Positions 17,006 through 26,575 of a stretch of 64,000 nt of DNA are shown in pieces (within the stretch, counting starts at the first letter, position 1; the number at the start of each line of letters is the position of its first letter). The notes under the pieces are model-generated. The model was not told where the DNA came from, made no database searches, and saw only the letters and a program-made list of their open reading frames with translations. Origin of the DNA: Phycisphaerales bacterium (GTDB lineage Bacteria; Planctomycetota; Phycisphaerae; Phycisphaerales; UBA1924); the NCBI GenBank assembly GCA_044226385.1, contig JBGAHA010000011.1, positions 14,820-78,819 of the forward strand. The letters run 5' to 3'. Position numbers and translations under genes: made by a program.

Positions 17006-19315
17006 TCAGCACCCACGCTCGAACGCGTGCACGAAGGCGTCGAAGTCGTCGGTGTCGACGAAGCCGGACTGGTCGAAGTCGGCGCCCTGCACGCCGTCCT
17101 CAAACATCCGCACGAAGAAGTCAAAGTCGTCGGTATCCACGAAGCCCGAGCCGTCCGCGTCCGCCGGGCAGGCCCCGACCTGGATCCTGGACTCGGTCTG
17201 GCCCGTGCCGTCGTCGTAGGTGTAGGTGCGGATCGTCAGCGTTCCGTAGCTCTGGGGGTTGACCAGCAGTGAAGCGTGCCCGTTCGCATCGGCATACACG
17301 GTCTTCTGCACTTCCCCTTCCTTGAAAGCGCTGATCACCGCGCCGGGGACCGGATCACCGTGCCCGTTCTTGACGGTGATGTCCAGCGTGGTGCCGCCGG
17401 CGTTGATGCCCGGGGGCAGCGACTCGGGAGCGCAGTTCACCGGCTTCTTCGCCCAGATCTTCATCTCGGGGTCGCCCAGCAGCGTGTACGTCCAGAGGTT
17501 CTTCGCCGGATCGTTCATGTCGGGGCTCCACTGCTGGAGGTAGCCCATGATCTGCGACCACTCCATGTGCGAGAAGATCGTCCCCGTCTTGCCGAAGGTC
17601 CGCAGGTACTTCCAGAACATGGTGGTGAAGCCGTGGTTCATGTCCCGGCGGCTGCCGATCAGCGCCCCGTAGGCCGCGACCGCGCCGTTGCCCGGCCGCT
17701 GGAACCAGTCTTCCATAAGGCAGTCGCTGGTGCCCAGGGAGCCGTTGGAGCACGCGCTGCTGATGACGATGGGGCACCAGGAGGGATGGCTGGGAGAGTT
17801 GTTGTCGGTCAGGTAGGTGTCCAGGAAGTGCTCGGACTGGAAGGTCCACTCGTAGAAGGTGTTGGGGGAGCCGTGCCCGCGGTAGTAGACGATGTGCTGG
17901 CCGTCGTTGAGCATGTTGATCAGCTGGAAGTTCTGCCCGGTGATGGCGTTGTTGCCGTACAGCTTCACGAACGACATGGGCTCGTCGGCGGGGAAGGGGA
18001 TGCTCACCGCCGCGTCCAGCACCGACGCGAAGTTCGCGGAGGTCTGGTTGTGCGCCACGGCGAGGGACTTGCTGTAGTACTCGCTCGCCGACGGCGGGGC
18101 GTCCTCGTAGGCGAGGATGCGCGAGACAATGTCGGGGAGCTGGCCGGCGTTGAAGGTGATGCGGCCCAGGCCCATGTCGGCGTAGAAGTCGTTGTTCTCG
18201 TAGCAGGAGTAGTAATAGTCGCTGGGGTAGCCGTAGAACGGGTCGGAGGCGTTGGGGATCCGGTTGACGTCCCCCACGAGGATCACGTACTTGAGCGCCT
18301 CGTTGTCGTGGTCGTCGTACCAGCCCTTGATGTAGGAACGAACCTCGGTCGCCTGCATGGAACCGTCGTGGTTGGTGTCGACCTCGGCCTCGGTGGCGAC
18401 GCGGGTGGTGTAGCCGCGGTGCTGCTTCTGCTGGACCAGCGGGCGCAGGTCGTCGACGACGTCGGACTTGGTGATGAAGAGGAACGCGCCCTTGTAATTG
18501 ATGTGGTCGGTGATCCACGGCGCGGCGGGGGTGTCGTAGTTCACGCACGCCGTCTGCACCTGGCGGGCGAGCAGGACGTGCTCCCGCGTCTGCGGCAGCG
18601 GATCCCCGTGGTGGTCGATCACCACGTTGAACTTGCGGTTGATCACCAGCTGGCCCGTCGCCGGGACGTACTTGAAGGGCTTGATGCTCATCGGCTGGAG
18701 CCGGATGCCCACCTTCTTGCCCACGGGGCCGATCGGCTCACCGTTGGTCGCCGGGTACGCCGCGGTGCTCGCATACGCCGCCGCGTCGTACTCGAACGGG
18801 GGCTGATTGGCGGGATCGATGCTCTCCTCTTCCATGATGTCAGGCTGGGCGGGGATGATCCGCATGCCGCTCACGGTGGAGGTCGCCGTGGGCGTGAGGG
18901 AGCTCACCGAGCACGTCGCCGCGTCGCTGGGCAGCGCCACCAGCATGTTCAGCACCGGCACCGCCGCGACGCCGCGGACCTTCTGCACCGCGGGGATCAG
19001 CAGGCCGATGCCGGAGGTGGGCGTCGGGATCGTGAGCTTCTGGAACGAGCCGTGCACGGGGTCGATCACTTCCTCGGTGTAGAACCCGGGGATGGAGATC
19101 TCCAGGATGGTCTCGTCCTCGGTGGAATTGGGGCTGAGAACAACGCTCGGAGGCGTGCCGGCGCCGACCGTTGGGTCCAAGGAGACCCACTGGGGCCGGC
19201 CCGGCTGGGCGAAGGCGGCGCTGGCGCTCAGGGCCAGGCCGGCGAGGGCGGCGGTGAGGCCCACCTTGCCGGTACAGAAACGTGAGAGGGACGCGGGAGT
19301 GTTCTTCTTATGCAT
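17006..19315 (-). CDS. Secreted C25-family (gingipain-like) cysteine peptidase with a C-terminal dockerin-like tail ending in Gly-Cys
   Basis: Signal peptide 'GLTAALAGLALSASAAFAQ'. Gingipain-like block 'YVILVGDVNRIPNASDPFYGYPSDYYYSCYENNDFYADMGLGRITF'. Catalytic-type 'YYRGHGSP' (His) and 'IVISSACSNGS' (Cys). The C-terminus carries two Asp-rich repeats, 'DADGSGFVDTDDFDFFVRMF' and 'DFDQSGFVDTDDFDAFVHAF', then 'ERGC' and the stop. Confidence 0.8.
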   Translation of the reverse strand: MHKKNTPASLSRFCTGKVGLTAALAGLALSASAAFAQPGRPQWVSLDPTVGAGTPPSVVLSPNSTEDETILEISIPGFYTEEVIDPVHGSFQKLTIPTPTSGIGLLIPAVQKVRGVAAVPVLNMLVALPSDAATCSVSSLTPTATSTVSGMRIIPAQPDIMEEESIDPANQPPFEYDAAAYASTAAYPATNGEPIGPVGKKVGIRLQPMSIKPFKYVPATGQLVINRKFNVVIDHHGDPLPQTREHVLLARQVQTACVNYDTPAAPWITDHINYKGAFLFITKSDVVDDLRPLVQQKQHRGYTTRVATEAEVDTNHDGSMQATEVRSYIKGWYDDHDNEALKYVILVGDVNRIPNASDPFYGYPSDYYYSCYENNDFYADMGLGRITFNAGQLPDIVSRILAYEDAPPSASEYYSKSLAVAHNQTSANFASVLDAAVSIPFPADEPMSFVKLYGNNAITGQNFQLINMLNDGQHIVYYRGHGSPNTFYEWTFQSEHFLDTYLTDNNSPSHPSWCPIVISSACSNGSLGTSDCLMEDWFQRPGNGAVAAYGALIGSRRDMNHGFTTMFWKYLRTFGKTGTIFSHMEWSQIMGYLQQWSPDMNDPAKNLWTYTLLGDPEMKIWAKKPVNCAPESLPPGINAGGTTLDITVKNGHGDPVPGAVISAFKEGEVQKTVYADANGHASLLVNPQSYGTLTIRTYTYDDGTGQTESRIQVGACPADADGSGFVDTDDFDFFVRMFEDGVQGADFDQSGFVDTDDFDAFVHAFERGC

Positions 19316-19438
19316 GGTTCATTCCTCGGAGAGTGGCTTGCGTCACGCCTCCCGGAACCGACCGGGGCGTCGACACCCTTGCGAGTGCTGTCCGCCGCGG
19401 GATGTGACATCAAGGGAGAGGAATTTTCCTTTCGCGGC

Positions 19439-19460
19439 AAAAAAGGCGTCTATTGACGCC
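19439..19460 (-). terminator. Intrinsic terminator downstream of the Ser/Thr kinase gene
   Basis: The minus strand reads GGCGUC-AAUA-GACGCC followed by UUUUUU (plus strand: aaaaaa ggcgtc tatt gacgcc). Confidence 0.6.
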
Positions 19461-19530
19461 ACAATGGCAGAACGCACCCCAGTAAGAGGGGCGTGTACAC
19501 CCAAGATGATGTGAACTGCGCCGGGCAACC

Positions 19531-22269
19531 TCAGCGTGGCGCGGGAGCCGGGTCGATGGGCGCCAGGCCCGCCTTCTGCCGGTATTCGGCCGCCTTGGCC
19601 GGATCCCCCAGCTTTGCGTAGACCTCCGCGAGGAATGCGGAGACTCGCTGCACCACGGCGTTCTTTTCCCCGCCCACGAGCGTGATGAATCCTTCCCGCG
19701 CGCTGAGCAGGGCTCGCTCGGCCTGGGCGTAGTGACCCGCGGCGGCGTAGGAACGTCCCAGAATCTCGTAGGCCCGGGGGAGCTGGACGGGATCGTGGTC
19801 GGGGCGAGCCAGGAACGGCGCAAACGCCGGCTCCAGCAGCGCCGCCGCTTCCTCCGGGCGGCCCAGCAGCAACCGGATCTCCGCCAGGTCCCTCGCCGCG
19901 CCGAACGTCAGATCAAACCCCGGCGGGAGCCGGCGGGTGTACCCCTCCAGCGCCGCCTGCGTCAGGCGCTCCGCCTCCGGAAGGCCGTTGGATTGCATCA
20001 GCATATTTGCGAGGATCGTGCTCGCGTTCAGCGTCGTGATGTGCTCCGCCCCGAACAGCCGTGTGAGGTCGGCGATGCACTCGTGCATCAGCCGGATCGA
20101 ATCCTGCGCCCGCATGAGGTAGAAGTTGTTCCGCGCCAGCTCGATCTTGGCCTTGATGACGTTCTCGATGTCAACATCCGACCCTCGCGCCGCGGCATCG
20201 AGCACCGCCTGGAAGTGCACCGCGGCCTCGGCGAAGAGGTGCTGGGAGGAGATGATGATCCCCAAGGACATCCTCGCGGCGAGCGTCAGGGAATCGTCCG
20301 CCCCGAGGCTGCGCGTCATGTCGTCGATCAGGGTGCGCAGCTCGGGAACGATCTCCGCGGAATTCGAGAGCGTGCGCGTCAGCAGCAGCGCGTGGCGGGT
20401 CCAGAGCGTGTCTCGGTGAGATTCCCCCAGCTCTCGGCGCTGGATCCCCAGCGCCGTCTCCAGCTCTCTGGCCCCTTCGGTGACCTCACCCAGCATCCGG
20501 TACGTGGAACCCAGCGTGTCGCGCACCTGCGCTTCGATGCGCGGCTGGTCCTTGAAGCGGACCGAGATCTCCGACGCGGAGAACCGCACGGCGTCGATCA
20601 TCTTGACGTCCCGGCCCAGGATTCCCGGGTCGGCGGCCTGAAGCACTCCCTGCAGGAACGAATTCACGCTCTCGCTCACCGCCCGCGCCTGCTGGGTTTC
20701 CAGCAGCTGCCGCTTGGTCGCCTCTTCGGCGGCGACCGCGCGGTCGCGCTCCCGCCCGATAGACACGATGTATCGCCACACTCCTGCCGAACCCAGGATC
20801 AGCGCAATCCCCGCGACGGCGGTGGGGGCGGCGTGCCGGCGCGACCAGAGGGCCAGGGTCCTGCCAGCGCCCGCCGGACGGGCCGCGACGGGCCGGTAGC
20901 CGAGCCACGACGTGAGGTCCTCGGCCATCTGCTGGGCGGAGACATACCGCTCCCCCGCCGCGTGGCGCATCGCTTTGTCGCAGATCGCCGCGAGGTCTCT
21001 GGGGATGTTCCTGCCGGCCTGTGACGTCAGCTCCATCAGCGGCCGAAGCTCTCTGCGCCGCACCTGCTCGACGACATCCCAGCGTGCGTCGGCGTGGTAC
21101 TTTCCGCTGGGCTGGAACGGAAGCTCTCCGGTGAGCAGGAACCGCAGCGTCGCCCCCAGCGCGTAGACGTCGGACGCGGGCAGCGCGGGCTTTCCCTCGG
21201 CCTGCTCGGGGGACATGAACGCCGGCGTGCCCGTGATGGAGCCGCCGCGAGAGGGGAGTGAAACCGTCGCCGTGATGGGCGGGTTGTTCCCCGAGAGATC
21301 GCCGGGCTCCGCCACGTTCGCGGCGTGCCGCGGGGCGGCGATCGACAGCCCAAAGTCCGTGACCAGCGGCCTGCCCGAGGGCGTCACCATGATGTTCGAG
21401 GGCTTGATATCCCGGTGCACGATCCCCCGCGCATGCGCGGCGGCAACGCCCCGGCACACCGATTCCATCGTCCTCGCCGCCGCCCGTGGCTCCATGGGCC
21501 GGGCCTTGCCGTCCCCCGAGGCCAGGGACGCGCTGAGCGTGGTGCCGATCTTCACACGCTTGCGATCCTGCGGAACAGGATCGGGATCGCCGACGAGCTG
21601 GCAATCGATGAAGCACTGCCCGCTTCCCAGCCTTCCGGCGGCGTGCACCTTAACGATGTTCTCGTGGTCCAGCGCCGCCGCGGCTTGGGCCTCTGCCAGG
21701 ACGCGGTTGAGCCCATCCTCCGTCGCCGCGGGCAATCGCAGCAGTTTCAGGGCGATGTAGCGTTCCAGCCGCGTATCCCACGCGCACCAGACCTCCCCGA
21801 ACGACCCCGCCCCGAGCCACTCCACAAGCCGGTACGTCCCCAGCACGCTCCCGGCGTCCAGGTCATCCTCGTGCGCCGTCGTCGCCGCCTCGCGCATCAG
21901 CGAGACCAGCTCGATGACGCCCTCGATCTCGTCCGCAAGCTCGGGGAGCCTGGTAAGCAGTTCCCGGCGGAGTTCCTCGGGCGTGCGGTCCCGGCGGTGG
22001 GAGCATTCGGCCATGAGGAGGGCGCGGACGAGCTCGGGCGCGGCAGCGAGGGCAGGGATGGAGGCGCGGTAGTGCTCGATCGACGCGGGCAGGTTTCGTG
22101 AGAATCGCTCGTGCGCGTCGGCGACGACGGCTTCGATCTGGTCCGCCGGCGTCGCGTCGTTCACCGAGGCGAGCAGCGCGGCAAGATCGGGCGGCGCTCC
22201 GCCGGCCGAGCGCTCCCACAGCAGTCGGATTCTGTCGGCGGGCGTGCCGCCGCCGGGGAAGCTGGTCAT
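19531..22269 (-). CDS. Ser/Thr protein kinase with a transmembrane segment and C-terminal TPR-like repeats
   Basis: Hanks kinase motifs 'LGAGSFGEVWCAWD', 'YIALKLL', 'IVHRDIKPSNIMV', 'DFGLS', 'GTPAFMSPEQ'. Hydrophobic segment 'APTAVAGIALILGSAGVW'. Long helical repeat region to the C-terminus. Confidence 0.9.
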   Translation of the reverse strand: MTSFPGGGTPADRIRLLWERSAGGAPPDLAALLASVNDATPADQIEAVVADAHERFSRNLPASIEHYRASIPALAAAPELVRALLMAECSHRRDRTPEELRRELLTRLPELADEIEGVIELVSLMREAATTAHEDDLDAGSVLGTYRLVEWLGAGSFGEVWCAWDTRLERYIALKLLRLPAATEDGLNRVLAEAQAAAALDHENIVKVHAAGRLGSGQCFIDCQLVGDPDPVPQDRKRVKIGTTLSASLASGDGKARPMEPRAAARTMESVCRGVAAAHARGIVHRDIKPSNIMVTPSGRPLVTDFGLSIAAPRHAANVAEPGDLSGNNPPITATVSLPSRGGSITGTPAFMSPEQAEGKPALPASDVYALGATLRFLLTGELPFQPSGKYHADARWDVVEQVRRRELRPLMELTSQAGRNIPRDLAAICDKAMRHAAGERYVSAQQMAEDLTSWLGYRPVAARPAGAGRTLALWSRRHAAPTAVAGIALILGSAGVWRYIVSIGRERDRAVAAEEATKRQLLETQQARAVSESVNSFLQGVLQAADPGILGRDVKMIDAVRFSASEISVRFKDQPRIEAQVRDTLGSTYRMLGEVTEGARELETALGIQRRELGESHRDTLWTRHALLLTRTLSNSAEIVPELRTLIDDMTRSLGADDSLTLAARMSLGIIISSQHLFAEAAVHFQAVLDAAARGSDVDIENVIKAKIELARNNFYLMRAQDSIRLMHECIADLTRLFGAEHITTLNASTILANMLMQSNGLPEAERLTQAALEGYTRRLPPGFDLTFGAARDLAEIRLLLGRPEEAAALLEPAFAPFLARPDHDPVQLPRAYEILGRSYAAAGHYAQAERALLSAREGFITLVGGEKNAVVQRVSAFLAEVYAKLGDPAKAAEYRQKAGLAPIDPAPAPR

Positions 22270-22453
22270 GCGATTGGCTCACTGCGCGCGTGGACACGGG
22301 GACAGACCGGTCACCAAACGAGCCCCCACCCACGCAGAACAGTGCGGCGGGAGGCGGGTTGTGACAGGCAATCGTACCGGATCACGAAAGATTGTGGACT
22401 GGCCGAAAGATCTGCAGGGAAGTGCACGTGACCCAGCCGCCCGCGGTGAGGTG

Positions 22454-22858
22454 TTATCGCTCGTCGACGCGTGCGGCTGGATCGGAAAGGACTTCCTTCC
22501 CCAGGGCGGATGGAAAGCAGCGTCGCCATTGGCGTACACACTCGGCGTGGGCGTAGTCCTCTCCGCATTCCGGGCAGCGCCCGGTTGGATCAGCGTTCGT
22601 CAGGTCGTAGTCACAGTGCGTGCAGAGCAGTCCGCGGGCGGCCTTCACCGCCGAGCGGAGGCGACGCTCCTGCACCCGGTTATAGATGCCGAAGGGAAGC
22701 AACGTCGCGATCGCGACCCAGAATCCGTACTGTCCATACGCAGAAGTGGGGAACCTCGCTCTCCAGTACAGAGAGGTGATGACGATCACGACGAACAGCG
22801 CCAGCGGCACCGGTTGGAGGCTCCGGCGCGAATACCGGGAGAATGAACGGGGCGTCAT
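22454..22858 (-). CDS. Small membrane protein with a C-terminal CxxC..CPECG zinc-ribbon motif
   Basis: Two hydrophobic segments ('PLALFVVIVITSLYW', 'GFWVAIATLLPFGIY'), then 'CTHCDYDLTNADPTGRCPECG' at nt 22562-22624. Confidence 0.55.
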   Translation of the reverse strand: MTPRSFSRYSRRSLQPVPLALFVVIVITSLYWRARFPTSAYGQYGFWVAIATLLPFGIYNRVQERRLRSAVKAARGLLCTHCDYDLTNADPTGRCPECGEDYAHAECVRQWRRCFPSALGKEVLSDPAARVDER

Positions 22859-22908
22859 AGGGTCCCCCTGGGCCTGGGTCGCAGCCTCATCGCCGCCACG
22901 AGGCAGGC

Positions 22909-25900
22909 TTATCGGGAATCCCCCAGCCGCTTGCGCAGGGCCAGCAGCAGAGTCTCGGGTTCAACAACATACCGCTCCGGAGGCCGGAAATACACCTCGT
23001 GCAGAGAATCCCCGGACTTGGGCGGTAGCACCGTGACCCGGCCAGGCAGCGGCGTGTCCTTGCTGGGCAGTTCCTTGTCGAACGATGCCGGTCTGGAGAG
23101 CGTTCGCCGCGCCGGCTTGGCCTCTTTGCCCGCCGCACGCTGGGACTGCGCCGCGGCTTCCCGCACCGCAAGCTCCGCCGTCTCCTTCGCCACGCTCAGC
23201 CGTGTCTGGAGTTCCTGCGGCATGCTCGTGCGGAAGATCACATCCTTTTCACGCAGCGTGATGCTCTTGCACCCCAGGTTCGCGGCGGCGATGCGCAGCT
23301 CCGCAAGGTCGAGCATCTTCTGCACCGGGCTGGGCGGTTCTCCATACGCCTCGGTAAGGTCCAGCCGCACTTTCGCCACCTCTTCCACGGTCGTCGCCGT
23401 CGCCGCCCGCCGGTACGCCTCCAGCCTTCGGAGGTCCGACGGGATATACGGCCGCGGGATCACCCCGGGCACGCCGATCTCGACCGTTACCGCGCTGGGC
23501 GGATCGGGCTTCTTGTCGTTCTTCAGGTCGTGCACCGCCGTCTCCAGCAGCCGGCAGTACATCTCGTATCCCACCGCCGCGATGTGCCCGGACTGCTCCG
23601 CGCCCAGGATGTTCCCCGCCCCGCGGATCTCAAGGTCCCGCATCGCGATCTTGAACCCTGCGCCCAGCATCGAAAACTGCTCGATCGCCTTGAGCCGCTT
23701 CTGGGCCACCTCTTTCACCGTGCGGTCCCCGGGCAGCAGCAGGTAGCAGTACGCCCGGTGCTTGGACCGGCCGACGCGCCCGCGAAGCTGGTGGAGCTCG
23801 GCGAGGCCGAAGCGGTCGGCGTCGTTGATGATCATCGTGTTTGCCGTCGGCACGTCCAGGCCGCTCTCGATGATCGTCGTCGAGACCAGGATGTCCGCCT
23901 GCCTGCGGAAGAACTTGAGCATCACTTCTTCGAGCTCGTGCCCTTCCATCTGCCCGTGACCGAAGACGACGCGGGCGCCTTCGGGGGCGAGCCGCCGAAC
24001 CTCGTCGGCAACGGTCTGGATGTCGCTCACCCGGTTATGGACAAAATACACCTGCCCGTCCCGCGCGAGCTCCCTCGCCAAGGCCTGCGAGATCCGCCGC
24101 TCGTTGTACCCGATCACCTCCGTCACGATCGCCCGTCGGTCCGTCGGCGGCGTCGTCAGGCTCGAGATATCCCGGATCCCCAGCATCGCCATGTGCAGCG
24201 TCCGCGGGATCGGCGTCGCCGACAGCGTCAGTACGTCCACCGTCAGCCGCAGCCGCAGCAGCCGCTCCTTGTGCTCCACGCCGAAGCGCTGCTCCTCGTC
24301 GATCACCACCAGCCCCAGGTCGCTGAAATGCACGTCCTGGGAGAGCAGCCGGTGCGTGCCGATGATCAGGTCGATCTGGCCCTTTCGCACCGCCTCCAGC
24401 GTGTCGCTCTGCTCCTTGTGCGTCTTGAACCGGGAGAGCGATTCGACCCGGAAGGGGTACCCCGCAAATCGCGACCTGAACGTGCGCTCATGCTGCTCCG
24501 CAAGGACCGTGGTCGGCACCAGCACCGCGACCTGCTTGCCGAACTCGCAGGCCTTGAACGCCGCCCGGATCGCCAGTTCGGTCTTGCCGAAGCCCACGTC
24601 ACCGCACACCAGCCGGTCCATGGGCCGCGGCGCCGTCATGTCGCGCTTGATCCCGGCGAGGCACGTGAGCTGGTCCTCGGTTTCCTCGTACGGAAACTCA
24701 TCCTCAAACTGTTTCTGCCACGCCGTGTCGGCGGGATACTGGATCCCCGGCATGTGCTCCCGCGCCGCCCGCACGCGCATCAGCTCCCCCGCCAGGTCCT
24801 TGACGCTCTCGAGCGCCTTTTCCTTCTGGTGCTTCCACTTCTGCCCGCCCAGCGTCGAGAGCGGCGGATTGCCCGAAAACCCGCCGACGTACTTCTGCAC
24901 CAAGTCGATGCGGCTCACCGGCACGTGCAGCTTGGTCCGCCCCGCGAACTCCAGCGTCAGGTACTCTTCGGGCTCCCTCGCCCGGCTCACCGTCGCGCCC
25001 TGGAACTCCGTCGCGATGCTCTGGGGCGTCAGCAGCACCAGCCCGGAGAACCGCGCGATCCCCTGCTCCGCGTGCACCACGTAATCCCCGGGCTGGAAGT
25101 CCAGGAACGTGTCCATCGCCCGCGCGGACTTCATCCGCCCCGAGCGTCGCCGCGAGGTGAACCGGTTCACCAGCTCGTGGTAGGGCACCACGGCGACGGA
25201 CGCGTTCTCATCCGCCGCGGCCTGCAACCCATCGATCCCGGCGATCTCCCCCGCGCCCCCGTCCCACACAAACCCCCGGTGCACGTAGCACACCGTCGAT
25301 TCCACGTCCCCCGCCCTCGCCGGCGCATACTGCTCCAGCAGCTCGCGCAGGCGGTGCTCCTCCGCCGCGTTCTGGCAGCACACCAGGATCCGCCGACCGT
25401 TCTCCCGCAGGCCCAGCAGTTCCTGGATCGCCTCGGGCGTCTCCTTGCTGAACGACGGCAGCAGCCCCGCGGGGAGCTGGATCCGCACGTCCGCGGACGC
25501 GGCGCCGGCGGAAAACTGGTTGATCTCCGCCAGCCCCCGCAGCGCCTCGATCTTTTTCAGCACCGCCGGCGGGCCGAAGATCCCGCGCGAATCGATGATC
25601 CGCTCGAAGTACCCGCGTCCCTGCTCCACGACTTCCAGCGTCTCGGCGATGATGCCCGCGGTGTTCCTGGGCATCAGGTCGATGAAGCTCACCGTCTGCT
25701 CATCGCTCTGCACCGCGGCCAGGTCGGCGCACACCAGCTGCACGCTCTCGATCGCCTTGTCGGACCCCATCGTCTCCAGGTCGACCAGGTTCATCCGGTC
25801 GATGACATCCCCGAAGAAGTCGATGCGTACGGGGTCGGCGCCGGTGCCCCCAGGAGGGAAAATGTCCACGATCCCGCCGCGCACCGCGAAATCCCCGGGC

Positions 25901-26574
25901 TCTTCCACCGCATCTCGCCGGTGATACCCCGCGCCGCCCAGCCACCTCGCCAGGTCCACCGGATCCTGCTTCTGCCCCACGCGCAGCGTGCGAAGCAGCG
26001 ATTCCATCCTCGCCAGCGTTGGCACCGATTGCATCAGCGCCTGGATCGGGCACGCCACCACCCGTCCGCGCGTTCCCTGCGGATCTTCCATCACCTGCCG
26101 CACCACCGCGAGCCGCTCGGCGAAAAGGTCCAGCGCCACGCCGGTCTCCCCGGGCAGCACTTCCAGCGCGGGCAGCCGGAGCGCTTCGACCCCCAGCCCC
26201 GCAAGCTCCTCCACGATCTCGTCCGCTTCGTCGATGTGCGCCACCACCACCAGCACCGGCCGCCCCAGTGCACTCGCCGCCGACCCGGCCAGCAGCGAAG
26301 TCGAAGACCCCGCCGCCCCCGTCGCTACGACGCGGCGGCCCATCTCCAGCGCCCGTGTCAGCGCCCGGGAGGCAGGATCCTGGCTCAACGTGTCCAGCAG
26401 CGATTTCACGGGGAGGGAACTTTCTCTCGGAGCGCGCACGAGCTCGCCCAGAACATCGCGTCCGCGCGGGCGCTGTTCCGGGTCGCTGCCGGCTTGCTCG
26501 CCAATCGTAGATCGCGCCCGCGCACGCTGCCGCAGGACCCGCTCCGCGGGAGATCCCGCCCGCACGCGACACAT
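22909..26574 (-). CDS. mfd: Transcription-repair coupling factor
   Basis: 1221-aa ORF. Helicase motifs 'CGDVGFGKTELAIRAAFKA', 'VVIDEEQRFGV', 'TLSATPIPRTL', 'LHQLRGRVGRS'. CarD-like 'GDYVVHAEQGIARF'. Exact start is uncertain. Confidence 0.95.
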   Translation of the reverse strand: MCRVRAGSPAERVLRQRARARSTIGEQAGSDPEQRPRGRDVLGELVRAPRESSLPVKSLLDTLSQDPASRALTRALEMGRRVVATGAAGSSTSLLAGSAASALGRPVLVVVAHIDEADEIVEELAGLGVEALRLPALEVLPGETGVALDLFAERLAVVRQVMEDPQGTRGRVVACPIQALMQSVPTLARMESLLRTLRVGQKQDPVDLARWLGGAGYHRRDAVEEPGDFAVRGGIVDIFPPGGTGADPVRIDFFGDVIDRMNLVDLETMGSDKAIESVQLVCADLAAVQSDEQTVSFIDLMPRNTAGIIAETLEVVEQGRGYFERIIDSRGIFGPPAVLKKIEALRGLAEINQFSAGAASADVRIQLPAGLLPSFSKETPEAIQELLGLRENGRRILVCCQNAAEEHRLRELLEQYAPARAGDVESTVCYVHRGFVWDGGAGEIAGIDGLQAAADENASVAVVPYHELVNRFTSRRRSGRMKSARAMDTFLDFQPGDYVVHAEQGIARFSGLVLLTPQSIATEFQGATVSRAREPEEYLTLEFAGRTKLHVPVSRIDLVQKYVGGFSGNPPLSTLGGQKWKHQKEKALESVKDLAGELMRVRAAREHMPGIQYPADTAWQKQFEDEFPYEETEDQLTCLAGIKRDMTAPRPMDRLVCGDVGFGKTELAIRAAFKACEFGKQVAVLVPTTVLAEQHERTFRSRFAGYPFRVESLSRFKTHKEQSDTLEAVRKGQIDLIIGTHRLLSQDVHFSDLGLVVIDEEQRFGVEHKERLLRLRLTVDVLTLSATPIPRTLHMAMLGIRDISSLTTPPTDRRAIVTEVIGYNERRISQALARELARDGQVYFVHNRVSDIQTVADEVRRLAPEGARVVFGHGQMEGHELEEVMLKFFRRQADILVSTTIIESGLDVPTANTMIINDADRFGLAELHQLRGRVGRSKHRAYCYLLLPGDRTVKEVAQKRLKAIEQFSMLGAGFKIAMRDLEIRGAGNILGAEQSGHIAAVGYEMYCRLLETAVHDLKNDKKPDPPSAVTVEIGVPGVIPRPYIPSDLRRLEAYRRAATATTVEEVAKVRLDLTEAYGEPPSPVQKMLDLAELRIAAANLGCKSITLREKDVIFRTSMPQELQTRLSVAKETAELAVREAAAQSQRAAGKEAKPARRTLSRPASFDKELPSKDTPLPGRVTVLPPKSGDSLHEVYFRPPERYVVEPETLLLALRKRLGDSR

Positions 26575-26575
26575 C

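Noticed and set aside
16873-17124. Longer N-terminus for the zinc-ribbon membrane protein (ORF 15709..17124)
   Set aside because: The extra 84 codons are Ser/Thr/Cys/Arg-rich and would overlap the 3' end of the C25 peptidase gene (17006..19315) on the same strand. The ATG at 16872 gives a sensible start.
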